Positions 26,151 through 37,077 of a stretch of DNA of 64,000 bases are shown one piece after another. A program made the translations under genes and the position numbers. Every line of letters starts with the position of its first letter. Within the stretch, counting starts at the first letter, position 1. Where the stretch lies: assembly GCA_002269645.1 (NCBI GenBank), contig NIVC01000327.1:248001-312000 (forward strand). Reading direction: 5' to 3'. The DNA is from Macrostomum lignano (lineage: Eukaryota). The notes beneath the pieces are model-generated. The model searched no databases. It was given only the letters and a program-made list of their open reading frames with translations, and was not told the origin of the DNA.

Positions 26151-28112
26151 AACAAATTGTTATGGATGATATTGGATTAAGTGCATCTAATTCTAGGCCT
26201 CTTCGAAAGCAGACAAAAAGTACTTCTAAATTTGGAAATGACAATTCAGCATTGTTTTTCTGCTTTATTCTTCACAATGTTGGCCATGATGAGCAATATG
26301 TGACCATTGCATTTGGGTCTCCCTATTGGCCAAGTACAATAACTAATGATGAAAAGTTGGAACTTGCACAAGTAAGATTTTAAGTTGGATTTATATGCAT
26401 AATATTTTGTTATTGAGTACATGGTTTCTAAAACAAATTATTCCAACTACAAATGTAATATTACTTTATTAAATTATATTTTAGGGGACTAAAGTCTTTT
26501 TACGCATGTATGGCAAACTATTTTCTGCTACACTTGTGGCAAAAGGTAGTGAAAGGCAAATGGCTTCAACTATGAACCAACTTTCCAACTTGGTTAGTGA
26601 GGCTGAAAATACTGATTCATTGATTAGCCAAGCTATTGAGCTTTTTGCAATGAAAGATCCCCAAGCTGGCATTGCAAATGTAAGGACAATAAGGTCATCT
26701 AGTTCAAAGCAGGTTGCTTCAAGTTCTAGTTGTCATCAGCATGGACTACTTGACGAGCTTTATGAAGTGGATAGTGAAAGTGGCGAACCAAATTTGGCGA
26801 TACCAGCTACTCAATCAATGGGTAAAACTGCAATATATATGAACTATTAATTGTTTGCAATTTGTTTTTTTTGTTGTATTATTTGATTAATTATTATTTT
26901 TTAGAAAAAGCCATTTCTGCATTTGAGAGAGAGGCATCTTTGGTTGAAAATGAGCAAGCTCGTGCCACAGGCCTCTTGGAATCAAGTTTGTATATTCTAT
27001 TACACCTAATTGAAAACCAAATACCAAATGAGTCAATATTTTTGTAGCAATAAGCCTTTTTTATCACTAGGTGCAATTCAAGAAGTGCAACCCCTCCGAG
27101 GGGTACAGATAGTAAACAGTGAATCGGATGCAACAATGAAAGGTATAATTTTATTTTTTTAATATGATACAATCACATTATTAAAAATCAAAATCACCAT
27201 ATTTTTATATATGAGCATATATCTTACTCTAGATCTAAAACTGTTCATTCAATCCGAGTTGCTTTCTCTTGAGAAGCGTCTTGCTGCAAGGATATGCCGA
27301 CTTTTAAAAAAGGATGACAACTTTGGTGGAATGCTAACAATTAAAGAATACCAAAATGAGGTATGTCAGTTTTTTCTTAGCATCAGCAGCATCACGTCTG
27401 TAGTATAAAAGTTCTACTATATAATAACATTTTTTAGGAATTTAGGTGCATTGATGGTTCCCTAGCTGAGCTGTCTTCAATTCTTTGCAACGATCCTAAG
27501 GTGTTCCTCCGAAGGTATATCAAGCTGCGATTTGGCGAAGGCTACTTGCTTGAGCATATAATCGATTCATCCTGTGGTGCTCGCAGTTCCCGAAGGCCTG
27601 CTCCATCTGAGCATGTGACAGAGTTTCAACGTAAATATATATATATAATTTTTTCACAGTTTTGTGCAATTTTTTTATTATAAAGCAATTTAGGCTAATT
27701 AATGCTAAATGATCTGAATCCAATACTTGGGATATTTTCTAAAAAAACACATTTAGGTCTGAGATAAAAGAAATTGAGGAAAAATAGTTCTAAAGTTCAA
27801 TACATCCCATTGACCTATTTAATGATTAGCATCATAAATCAACTTCCTTTTAAATTTAGCCTATTTCTACTATAAACACAGTACACAATGTCTATTGTAA
27901 AAATATTTTACTATACTCGTGAATTTTCAGGTTTGCTTCAATTGTGCTATCGAACATCTGGCTACGACTTCCACGAAATCTGGAAGTCTGTACGAGACCA
28001 TCTCAATCAGCTGGCCAGGGAGGAGACACGGGCGAGAAAGCGAACTTCAACTGCTGCTTCTGGACCCGAGTCAGGGGATTCCATTTCCCGCTCAAGGCGA
28101 ATGGGACCGTGA
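26151..28112 (+). CDS. Multi-exon CACTA accessory protein with C-terminal BEN-like domain: join(26151-26371, 26485-26821, 26905-26985, 27071-27142, 27233-27360, 27438-27630, 27931-28112); true start uncertain
   Basis: Six GT-AG introns with matching phases (0,1,1,1,0,1). The C-terminus FLRRYIKLRFGEGYL...RRPAPSEHV...WKSVRDHLNQLAR resembles the BEN helical pattern (by eye). Confidence 0.75.
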
Positions 28113-28161
28113 ATTGCGGAAAAAATTCTAGTAACTTTTGAATATTTGAATTGCTATTTTT

Positions 28162-30462
28162 ATGTCTAGTAAATCAGAATCTGAGCACTCTCTTTCTACT
28201 AATTACTCAGCCTACTCTTGTCAGGCGATTTCTTCTCCCTCAAATAGTTTTTCTACAAGTAATAGGAGTTCAATTTCAAGCGAAGCCGGTGTAACGCACT
28301 CGCACAGCTGTCCTGACGCTGTGGAAACTTTTATTGGTGAAAACAATGCTGTGCCTGTGCTTGAGGAGAGTTCAGATAGCTTAGCGAATTTGGCTTCCAT
28401 CTCAGATCCCAGTGTGCAGGCGGCTCTGATTTTTCAGTGGGCAATTACTTCCGGAGTTTCAGAGGCTGCTCTTGATAGACTCCTGAAGCTACTTTCTATT
28501 TTTAGTAGAGATTCTCTAGCTCTTCCAAATAGCGTCAAGTTGCTCAAATCATTGATTCAAGATACTTGCCCTCTTGATGATAGTGACGTGTCTGAATTTG
28601 GCTTTTGCCCAGAATGCAAAAGCCAGTGTCAGGTTCATTCCCCAAAGTCAAAGGTTGCTGTGACACAGCTCAATATTGTTCCACAGCTGCGGACTATCTT
28701 AAGCAGCCACACTTCAACTATTCTGCAGTATGAGCAAGAATTGCAAAAGGATAAAAACACAGACGTTTTGAATTCCAAAATAGTTAAAGAACAAGGCTTA
28801 AGCCTATCTTCTGGCAAGTCGCTTCACTTGCATCTTCTAATCTCAGCTGATGGCGCCAATTTTTTTGAATCTGTTCAGAGTAGCTTTTGGCCATTTCAGG
28901 CTCAACTTCTAAACCTTCCTGTTTACATCCGTCAACGCTTTGCAAATTTAATTCTAATTGCTCTTGTTTCATCGAAGGCAGTCCCGCATTTCCAGTCTTT
29001 TCTGTCTGAAATTATGAACAATTTGCCAAAACAGTTTATATTCTCGGAATACACCGTTCATGTCCATTACACACTCTTTGTTTGTGACTTGCCCGCTCTT
29101 GCTAAGCTCTTCTGCATTCACCAGTACAATGGTGCGTTTAGCTGTCCTAGGTGCTTGCACCCAGGTGAGAGCTTTAAAGTATCCGAGAAAGGTAAAAACT
29201 GGATCTTCCGCTATGGTGAAGGCTACTTGTTTCCTTTGAGAAACCCATCTTCCCATCTTGAACACTGTCGGCTCGCACAAATTCGAAATCGGCCTGTTTT
29301 TGGCGTAAAGATGCGCAGTTGCTTGTTAGACTATGTTCCGTTTCCCAGCTGCAATCCTATTGACAGTTTACACTGCTTTTTCGAAGGCCACACCAAGTAT
29401 CTACTAGAAGAGCTGTCATTACCTGCAAACAGGCGCGAGTTGTATTTTTGCTCAGCTAATTGCATGGATTTCATATCTAATTGTATTCGTCAATCTATAA
29501 CTCCTTCTAGCATCACAATCAACACAAATTTTAAAGGCTTTTCAGATTGGAAAGCAAAGCATTTTAAAAACTTTGCGCTATACTTTCTTCTTCCTACGTT
29601 TTTGCAGAGAATTTCGCATTTTCCATTGAAACTGCTGTTAACTAATTTAGTTCTTATTTATCACATGTTGTATAGCCCCCAATCAAATAAGACTGATATC
29701 GAAAAGCTATGCAAAGCTTTTATCTCCAATGCTCAGCAAATATTCGGACCGAAAGTACTCCGCCTTAATTTCCACCTGCTTTTGCATATGGCTGAACAGT
29801 ACGAATTGTACGGACCTGTATTTAATTATTCTATGTTCGCATTTGAGAGCTCCATTGGCATGTTCAAAAAGTTCTTATGCGGAACTGTGTCATTTGGCCC
29901 ACAGCTTGTTCGCAAGTTTTTGTTTCAAAAGTTGCTACATCACTACTTTTCTTGTGTTAAGGACTCTATTGTAGTGGATGCAGTTAACTCTATATCTTTA
30001 GAGCCATCCAGGCCACATGGTATTCTTCGAAACTCACTTGCTTATTTTAATGGACATTTTTTCTCGACAAGCTCAGCTTGTGCGTCGAAAAATTCTAACC
30101 ATCTTTGCCAATTGAAGTCCGGCGAAATCTGCACTATTGCAGAGTTCCTCGAGCCTAATACTATTCGAGTGCAAATTTTGGATCCCATTGGTTCGCTGTT
30201 TGATTTTGTTTTACGAGTACCAGCAGCAACTTTCCCCATCGATTTACTTAATTGGAAAGCATTGCTGGAATCCATGTTCAAAAAGTCTTCGACATTCAAT
30301 TTTGTATTGATATCCCTGTCTAATGCGCCCAGATCGGCCAGACGCGAACGTATAGTTAATTTTTCAGAGGTCGATCGACCCTGCATCGCTGTTCCAGTAG
30401 AATCGTTCAGCAAAGACTGTTATTGCGCTGTGCCATTGTTCAAAGAGTTTGAACATGATTAA
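28162..30462 (+). CDS. CACTA/EnSpm-family DDE transposase, 766 aa, uninterrupted
   Basis: Motifs ISADGA, SFWPFQAQLLNLP, FVCDLPA..NGAFSCPRC, IDSLH..FEG, WKAKHF and NFHLLLH...YGP...SMFAFES typify animal CMC-EnSpm transposases. Confidence 0.92.
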   Translation: MSSKSESEHSLSTNYSAYSCQAISSPSNSFSTSNRSSISSEAGVTHSHSCPDAVETFIGENNAVPVLEESSDSLANLASISDPSVQAALIFQWAITSGVSEAALDRLLKLLSIFSRDSLALPNSVKLLKSLIQDTCPLDDSDVSEFGFCPECKSQCQVHSPKSKVAVTQLNIVPQLRTILSSHTSTILQYEQELQKDKNTDVLNSKIVKEQGLSLSSGKSLHLHLLISADGANFFESVQSSFWPFQAQLLNLPVYIRQRFANLILIALVSSKAVPHFQSFLSEIMNNLPKQFIFSEYTVHVHYTLFVCDLPALAKLFCIHQYNGAFSCPRCLHPGESFKVSEKGKNWIFRYGEGYLFPLRNPSSHLEHCRLAQIRNRPVFGVKMRSCLLDYVPFPSCNPIDSLHCFFEGHTKYLLEELSLPANRRELYFCSANCMDFISNCIRQSITPSSITINTNFKGFSDWKAKHFKNFALYFLLPTFLQRISHFPLKLLLTNLVLIYHMLYSPQSNKTDIEKLCKAFISNAQQIFGPKVLRLNFHLLLHMAEQYELYGPVFNYSMFAFESSIGMFKKFLCGTVSFGPQLVRKFLFQKLLHHYFSCVKDSIVVDAVNSISLEPSRPHGILRNSLAYFNGHFFSTSSACASKNSNHLCQLKSGEICTIAEFLEPNTIRVQILDPIGSLFDFVLRVPAATFPIDLLNWKALLESMFKKSSTFNFVLISLSNAPRSARRERIVNFSEVDRPCIAVPVESFSKDCYCAVPLFKEFEHD

Positions 30463-30794
30463 AAAGGTACGAGTATGTGTCCGTACCTTAGATCCGATTA
30501 TTTTATTATTAATGCTGCAAAGTCTGGCAGAAAATAAAATTATGCTCCATGACCAAGATAAAACCATCAGGGAATCAGAATAACTTTCCAGATGCCCAAC
30601 TTCCTCCCTCTCAGACTCCCACCGTTACCTCTCTTTGTCCGATCTCTCCATATTCAAAATCTCCAAGTTTCTGTGCGCAAATAATTGACTAATGCAGCAT
30701 TAACTTCGTTTCGTAAAGGATTAGTCGGCCCTTGCCCTTAATGCGTACCGAATTCGGCTAATTCTATTTATTGACTGTTCAGTAAAATTTACTG

Positions 30795-31265
30795 TTTTAT
30801 TTTTTCTTACAGTACCTTGAAATGCGTCAAATTCTGTCTATTCTGTATCTTAAAGCTCTCTGAGCTGTTTTATTTTTTCTTACAGTACCTTGAAATGCGT
30901 CAAATTCTGTCTATTCTGTATCTTAAAGCTCTCTGAGCTGTTTTATTTTTCTTACAGTACCTTGAAATGCGTCAAATTCTGTCTATTCTGTATTTTAAAG
31001 CTCTCTGAGCTGTTTTATTTTTTCTTACAGTACCTTGAAATGCGTCAAATTCTGTCTATTCTGTATTTTAAAGCTCTCTGAGCTGTTTTATTTTTTCTTA
31101 CAGTACCTTGAAATGCGTCAAATTCTGTCTATTCTGTATTTTAAAGCTCTCTGAGCTGTCTTATTTTTTCTTACAGTACCTTGAAATGCGTCAAATTCTG
31201 TCCATTCTGTATTTTAAAGCTCTCTGAGACTGAGCTGTCTTATTTTTTCTTACAGTACTTTGAAA
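30795..31265. repeat. 72-73-bp tandem repeat (~6 copies) in the 3' part of the CACTA element
   Basis: TTACAGTACCTTGAAATGCGTCAAATTCTG recurs every 72-73 bp. Confidence 0.93.
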
Positions 31266-32693
31266 TGAATTATGCCTAATTATCATTAATAATATAAGTC
31301 TCGAAATGGTCATCATACGAGTTTTCAATTACTTCTACATTTAATTGCATAAGTATTTGTTCTGATACTTTTTTGTTTTGAAAGTGATTTATAAGGGAAT
31401 GGAAACATATTTCTCAGCAGCACTAAAGATGCTGCCGAATTTGTTTAGAAAATTTCAGCTTTAAAATGAACCTACGCAAACATTGCGTTCTACTAACAGT
31501 AGTGTAGTAAGGAAAATTATATTTAAAATCATACATCAATGTACATGGATGGAAAGTAACCATGGATGAAGTTTACGTGGAACCATGTATGATCAGGTAT
31601 GGCTCCATACATGTTCAGGTATGATCCATACATGGCATCATGGATGCTTCATCCATGATTTATCCATGCAAGGAGAGTAGGGAGCGGCTCTCAAGTCCTC
31701 TCTTTCTGTGTTTGAGTGAAAATGCTGAGCTGGGTCAGACTCAGCTCATTCTGAATGCATGATGGACTCACGTGCTGGGACACACAGAGACAGTTAGAGA
31801 AGGAATCGGCCTGTTTGATGAAGAGATTATAGCGGCTCTCAAGTCCTCTCTTTCTGTGTTTGAGTGAAAATGCTGAGCTGGGTCAGACTCAGCTCATTCT
31901 GAATGCATGATGGACTCACGTGCTGGGACACACAGAGACAGTTAGAGAAGGGATCGGCCTGTTTGATGAAGAGGTTATAGCGGCTCTCAAGTCCTCTCTT
32001 TCTGTGATTGAGTGAAAATGCTGAGCTGGGTCAGACTCAGCTCATTCTGAATGCATTATGGACTCACGTGCTGGGACACACAGAGACAGTTAGAGAAGGA
32101 ATAGGCCTGTTTGATGAAGAGGTTATAGCGGCTCTCAAGTCCTCTCTTTCTGTGTTTGAGTGAAAATGCTGAGCTGCACTGTAAATCTTATGGGTCCGGA
32201 TAAGGTCCGAATTGCATAATGCGGACCTTCATGCCTGAAGGCGGACCTTCATGTCTGAAGGTCCGATTTTTTTGGTCAGAGAAAACGAATGAAATTTTTT
32301 CAAGTGCCCTCAAATGATATTTTTTTAAGCACACGCGAGATTTTATAGAGAAAATCGGACTGGAAATAAATTTAGGTTTTATACCACCGTATTTTTTGCC
32401 GCATAAAAACACAAATAAAATTATCCGTCAAATGTAATTGCATCAATCGAAAGCTCTAAATGCCTTAAATTAAAGGAATTATATATTGTATTCCTTTTAA
32501 CAGGTACAAGCGCATTTCTAACACAGATCAAAAATATGTTGGGAACTTTTGTTTCACTCTACTAACTTCGAACATTTAGATTGTTGCGTGCAATTCGTTC
32601 TGATCAAACCTAAAAATTAGTGCTTTTTAAACGTTTTTACGCGTTGTCCATTCCACAACGACGAATTTAGTAGGCTTATCCACTGTCCAGGAT

Positions 32694-35250
32694 ATGTTAA
32701 ATGGAGATGAAAATGTAATTTCAAAACTATTTCAATGTAGTATATGTCTTCATACACACAAGGATTTATTTAAGCTTATAAGTCATATAAAACTATACCA
32801 TTCTTTTGGGAATAGCAATTTTTTATGTCCAGTTAGGGGATGTTACCATATTAGTGTTACAATTGAAGGATTACAAGCACATGCCTATCGTATGCACAAA
32901 AACAGTGTTGTTGATAATTTTTCCCAAGACCAAGTTCTACAGCCAAATTGTGTTCATAATAACCCTACTCTAGACTTATTAGGAAACCCTTTAGAAAATG
33001 AATTGCAAGCTGTGCCTATAGATATAGCCATATTATCTACTATTTGTAACCAAGTTGAAAATGAAAAAAAAGACCCTGAATTTGAAATGTCTAGTGATTT
33101 TTTATGTGAAAATACAAGAAAACATCTTGCTGAAAATTTTGTTTACTTTTATCTAAAGTCTAGACATTTCTTTTTAATTCCTAAAAGCAAATCTAATCAA
33201 TTATGTGAACTTGTTAAGGAAATAGTATTGAAGTTTGCTGATGACTATTTTTTGTTATTTGAGCAATTTTTAAAAGAAGAATGTCCTTCAATAGTTAACA
33301 GCTATAATTCTTATAAAAATAAATTAAATTTGCAAGAAATGATTGACCTTTCATTAGAGCATCTATTAAGTAATAAAAAAATATTTGAAATTTTACAATA
33401 CAAGTTTAATTTTGTTGAGCCCATTGAAATCATAGATGAAGAATCAAAATTAAAAATTCTATATATTCCAATAAAAGAAACACTTAGTTCTATTATAAAA
33501 AATGAGACATTGCTTAAGTATATTATTATAAATTCTTATTTAAATGCAACCAACAAAGAAAATTTTTTTTCAAGTCTACTTATTTTGAAGAACATATTAG
33601 TCCATTGTTAACAAATAAGAATGGTATATTCATAAAACTTTATTCAGATGAAATTGAAATATGTAATCCTATTGGGTCTGCCAAAACAAAACATAAATTA
33701 TGTGTAGTATACTTTACTATTCTTAATTTCCCTGAATATCTTAGTTCATCTTCAGACTTATATTTTCTTTTAACAGTATTTAATGATTCAAATGTTAAAA
33801 AGAAAGGTTTACAGTTTTGTTTATTTCCATTAATTAGAGAGCTGAATGAGCTTTACTTTGAAGAATTTCAAATAAGTAATTTGATAAAAATGCCTGTTAT
33901 TGCTGCTTTCATGACTGGGGATAATTTATCAATACATAGAATGTTAGGTATGCAAACTTGGTTTTCAAGTGGTTATATTTGTAGATTTTGTTTTATAGGT
34001 TATAAACAGCTTTGTAGCATTAGATTAGAAGAATTAAGTACATTATTCCTATTTGAATATCGAGATAATTCATCATATATTGAAGATTTTAAATCCTTAA
34101 GTAATGGTTTAATTTCACCATCTGTGTTTAGAAGTGTAGCATATATTAACTTTCAATATTTTTTCCCCCTGATATAATGCATGATGTGTTTGAAGGGTTT
34201 TCTCATGTTGTTATATGTATTATTCTATTAAGTATTATTCAAAATCATAATATTAGTATAGACTATATAAACAAACAACTAAATTTGATTAAAGAAGTCA
34301 GTATTCCTACAATAAATAAATATCACTTACAAAATTATCATCTACCATGTACTTCTAATCAAATAATTGTTATTCTACAATACTTTGGACTTTTATTTGG
34401 ACATTTGTTTGAGTTGGATGATGATATTTGGATATTATTTAATTGTCACAGGCAGTTTCTTGACATAATTTTGTCCCCATATGATAGTAGCATAAACTTA
34501 GAATATTTTCAATCTCTTATTTCTGGCCAATTAGAATTAATATATAGAAACACGGGCTTCAATCCTAAATATAAATGTAAATTGCATTATATATGTCACT
34601 ATCCTGAATTTTATCATTATTATAGTGGTCTTAAATACTTATGGTGTATGCAAGGTGAAGCTCATCATCAATTGCTTAAGAATATAAACAGGCATGCAAG
34701 AAATTTCAAAAATCCTGCCTATACATGTGCAAAACAATATCAAATTCAAAAGGCACTTATCATTAAGCACTATGAACCAGGTACAATTAAGAGCCATAAT
34801 ATAAATCCTATTAGCTTAAATATGCTATTGACAATAGATGAACAAACTGAGTTATGCAACAACATGAATTTAGATACAGACTCAATTATTGGCACTATTT
34901 GTCTTTCTACTAATGAACTAAAATATCAGCCTGGGTTTGTATATCGGACTCCAACATTAAATTACCGTTATTGTTTGCCAATTTTAGAACCAACTGGAAT
35001 TGCTTTAGCATTAATTAGCCATATTATTCAACTTTCCAACAAGTGGATAATTATTTGTAAAAAAGTGAATGCTAAATTTTCTTGTCATTATAGCAGTTTT
35101 ATATGCACTGTGAATAATGACCATTTAGTATTTATTGAACCTACTCAGCACTTTTTTCATCAGCCAATTCCATTTTTAATGTATCAAGGGAAACTTTTTC
35201 TTTCTTTAAAATATTATCCAATGCTACATTGCCAAAACATTGATCAATAA
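32694..35250 (+). pseudogene. CMC-type transposase with N-terminal C2H2-like fingers, split by two frameshifts (possibly sequencing errors)
   Basis: Three consecutive ORFs carry CSIC..H, KLYSDEIEICNPIGSAKTKHKL, GDNLSIH..YICRFC, (D)IMHDVFEG and KLHYICHY...WCMQGEAHH. Both breaks fall in homopolymers (T8 near 33563-70, C5 near 34165-69). Confidence 0.85.
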
Positions 35251-35599
35251 TCTACAATCTTAGTGGGTATCATTTTAGATAAATTTAAGCATATAACAAT
35301 ATGGCATACACTTGCACTTCATAAAATAACAAATGATTACAAGGGCCACCTTGCCTCTAGCACAAGGAACTGTGCTCTCCACCTTACATAGATTTCTGGC
35401 CTATAGGTGTCTAACCTTTTTATGATAGGTCGGCTTGCCCTTCCTTGACTAGGCTAGTTCTATGTAGATGGTGCAGGTTTTCGAACCATTTCTTGCCTAA
35501 AATGGGTTCATCCTCTGTCTAAGCTTGTTGAAGCTTCAGCTTTTAGTATTGAAGAGTGAAGATTGTTCAGAAAAAAGCAACAAAAAAACAAAAACATCA

Positions 35600-36098
35600 T
35601 AAAAACACTAAACATTTTGTTGTCACAGTCATTACTTATGGCTGCAAGGTATGGGGTCCACTGGCCAGGCAATCAAAAATTAAGGATCTGGATAATATTC
35701 AATTGAAATTCTATAAGTCTCTCCTTAAATTCTTAATCTACCAGAGCATACATACAAGCAATAAAGTCATACTCAATGAACTCAACATTCTTCCTATTTC
35801 TGAAATCATTAAGAAAAGGTACCTCCTTTTCTGGTTAAAACTTATTTAAAGCTAACTCTACTACCACTAGTCTCTTTAACAACAATGACAATCCAATTGA
35901 TCCTTGGAAGAAAGCCATCTCACAGCAACTTAAAGGCATTGATCTAATGCAAAAACTTCTACTGTTTAAATTGTATTGTCCATTATTGACAACTTTTGTT
36001 AACACTAAGTTATTCATATCTAATTAAATACACTCTATTAACATAACGGGCACTACTTGCCCAAGCCAATTAACTACTACTACTACTACTACTACTAC
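35600..36098 (+). mobile_element. 5'-truncated non-LTR (LINE) 3' fragment with (TAC)n tail
   Basis: ITYGCKVWG...IQLKFYKSLL...TSNKVILNELNILPI resembles the post-RT region of LINE ORF2; it ends in ACT/TAC repeats at 36073-98. No TSD found. Confidence 0.6.
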
Positions 36099-36466
36099 AT
36101 TAAGTCAAGCCAAGGACAAAAGCCGAAAAATCATAATGAACAAGAATTCCTTGGCTTTATAAATTCATTTTATCTGTGTCTTACCAGATGTATTCTGATT
36201 GAGGTTGTGCACATCATACCTCATTTCAGCTTCGAATCTGCAACGGCTCAGAGGAGCGCAAGAAGCTCCTTCCAGCTTCTGGCCTGACCTTGGCGGACCT
36301 TCGCATCAAAGGTTGTTTAAAATTGGACATTGCAGATGTTGAAAATGTTCGCATTGTCACTTCTGACGGTTTCGAAATCGACGACGATGATTTAATATCG
36401 GAGGTGGCAAAGGAATGTAGAACTGTGTACTTCCTTCTTTCTGGAGAGTTGCTTCCAAGCTGCGGT

Positions 36467-37077
36467 CCCTATTGGAATAAATGTTGAAAACCCGCGGACG
36501 CGCGCTTTAGAATAGAGTCAAATTATTTTCCCGCGCTTTAGGATAATTAGAGATGTCCCGAAAGAGCAGTTTCCTCGAAATCAAAATTCGTTAACTTTCC
36601 AAACTCAAAATTGAAATTTTCCGAAATCAAAACGCAGAAAAACAAAGTTTAGTATGACCAATACTCACTTTTTACATTCGATTTACTGCTTATGCAAAAT
36701 GAAATACACGTAGATGTAGCAGAAATTACTGCTTTTTTAGCGATTTTTGACTTTTCGATTTTAGCTTCCAAATTTTGACTTCTAATTTTATTCGAAATTG
36801 AAATTTGCTCTTAATAAAAATTCTAATTTTGGAAAATTCAAATTGAAATTTTGGAACATCTCTAAGCTTTATAAATTATAAGTGTATAGGCCCCTTCCAC
36901 AGAGGTATTAGATGACCCCTTTCCATGCATATGTATTTGCTAGAGCAGCAGCCAGCAAGAAAAGGCAGCGCGCGCATGCCGCGCAGGCGCTGCGCGCCTG
37001 TGCGCGCGCCGCGCTTTAGAAAAATTTCAAAAGTGCGCCGGACGCCGTCCGCGGATTTACAACTTTTTCCTATAGGG
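36467..37077. mobile_element. 611-bp MITE with 8-bp TSD
   Basis: Imperfect TIR CCCTAT(T/A)GGAA..GTTG.AAA.CCGCGGACG; TSD GCTGCGGT (36459-66 and 37078-85); CGCGCTTTAG subterminal repeats. Confidence 0.82.
36548..36864. mobile_element. Possible inner MITE (TAGAGATG...CATCTCTA, hAT-like termini)
   Basis: TAGAGATGTCCCGAAA versus reverse complement TAGAGATGTTCCAAAA; no TSD found. Confidence 0.5.

Larger units (their letters stand above)
25025..31682 (+). mobile_element. Apparently intact autonomous CACTA/EnSpm element, 6658 bp
   Basis: Imperfect TIR CCCTACTCTC..CATGGATAAATCAT, 2-bp TSD AG (25023-4 and 31683-4), CATGGAT subterminal repeats; encodes an accessory gene and a transposase. Confidence 0.92.
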
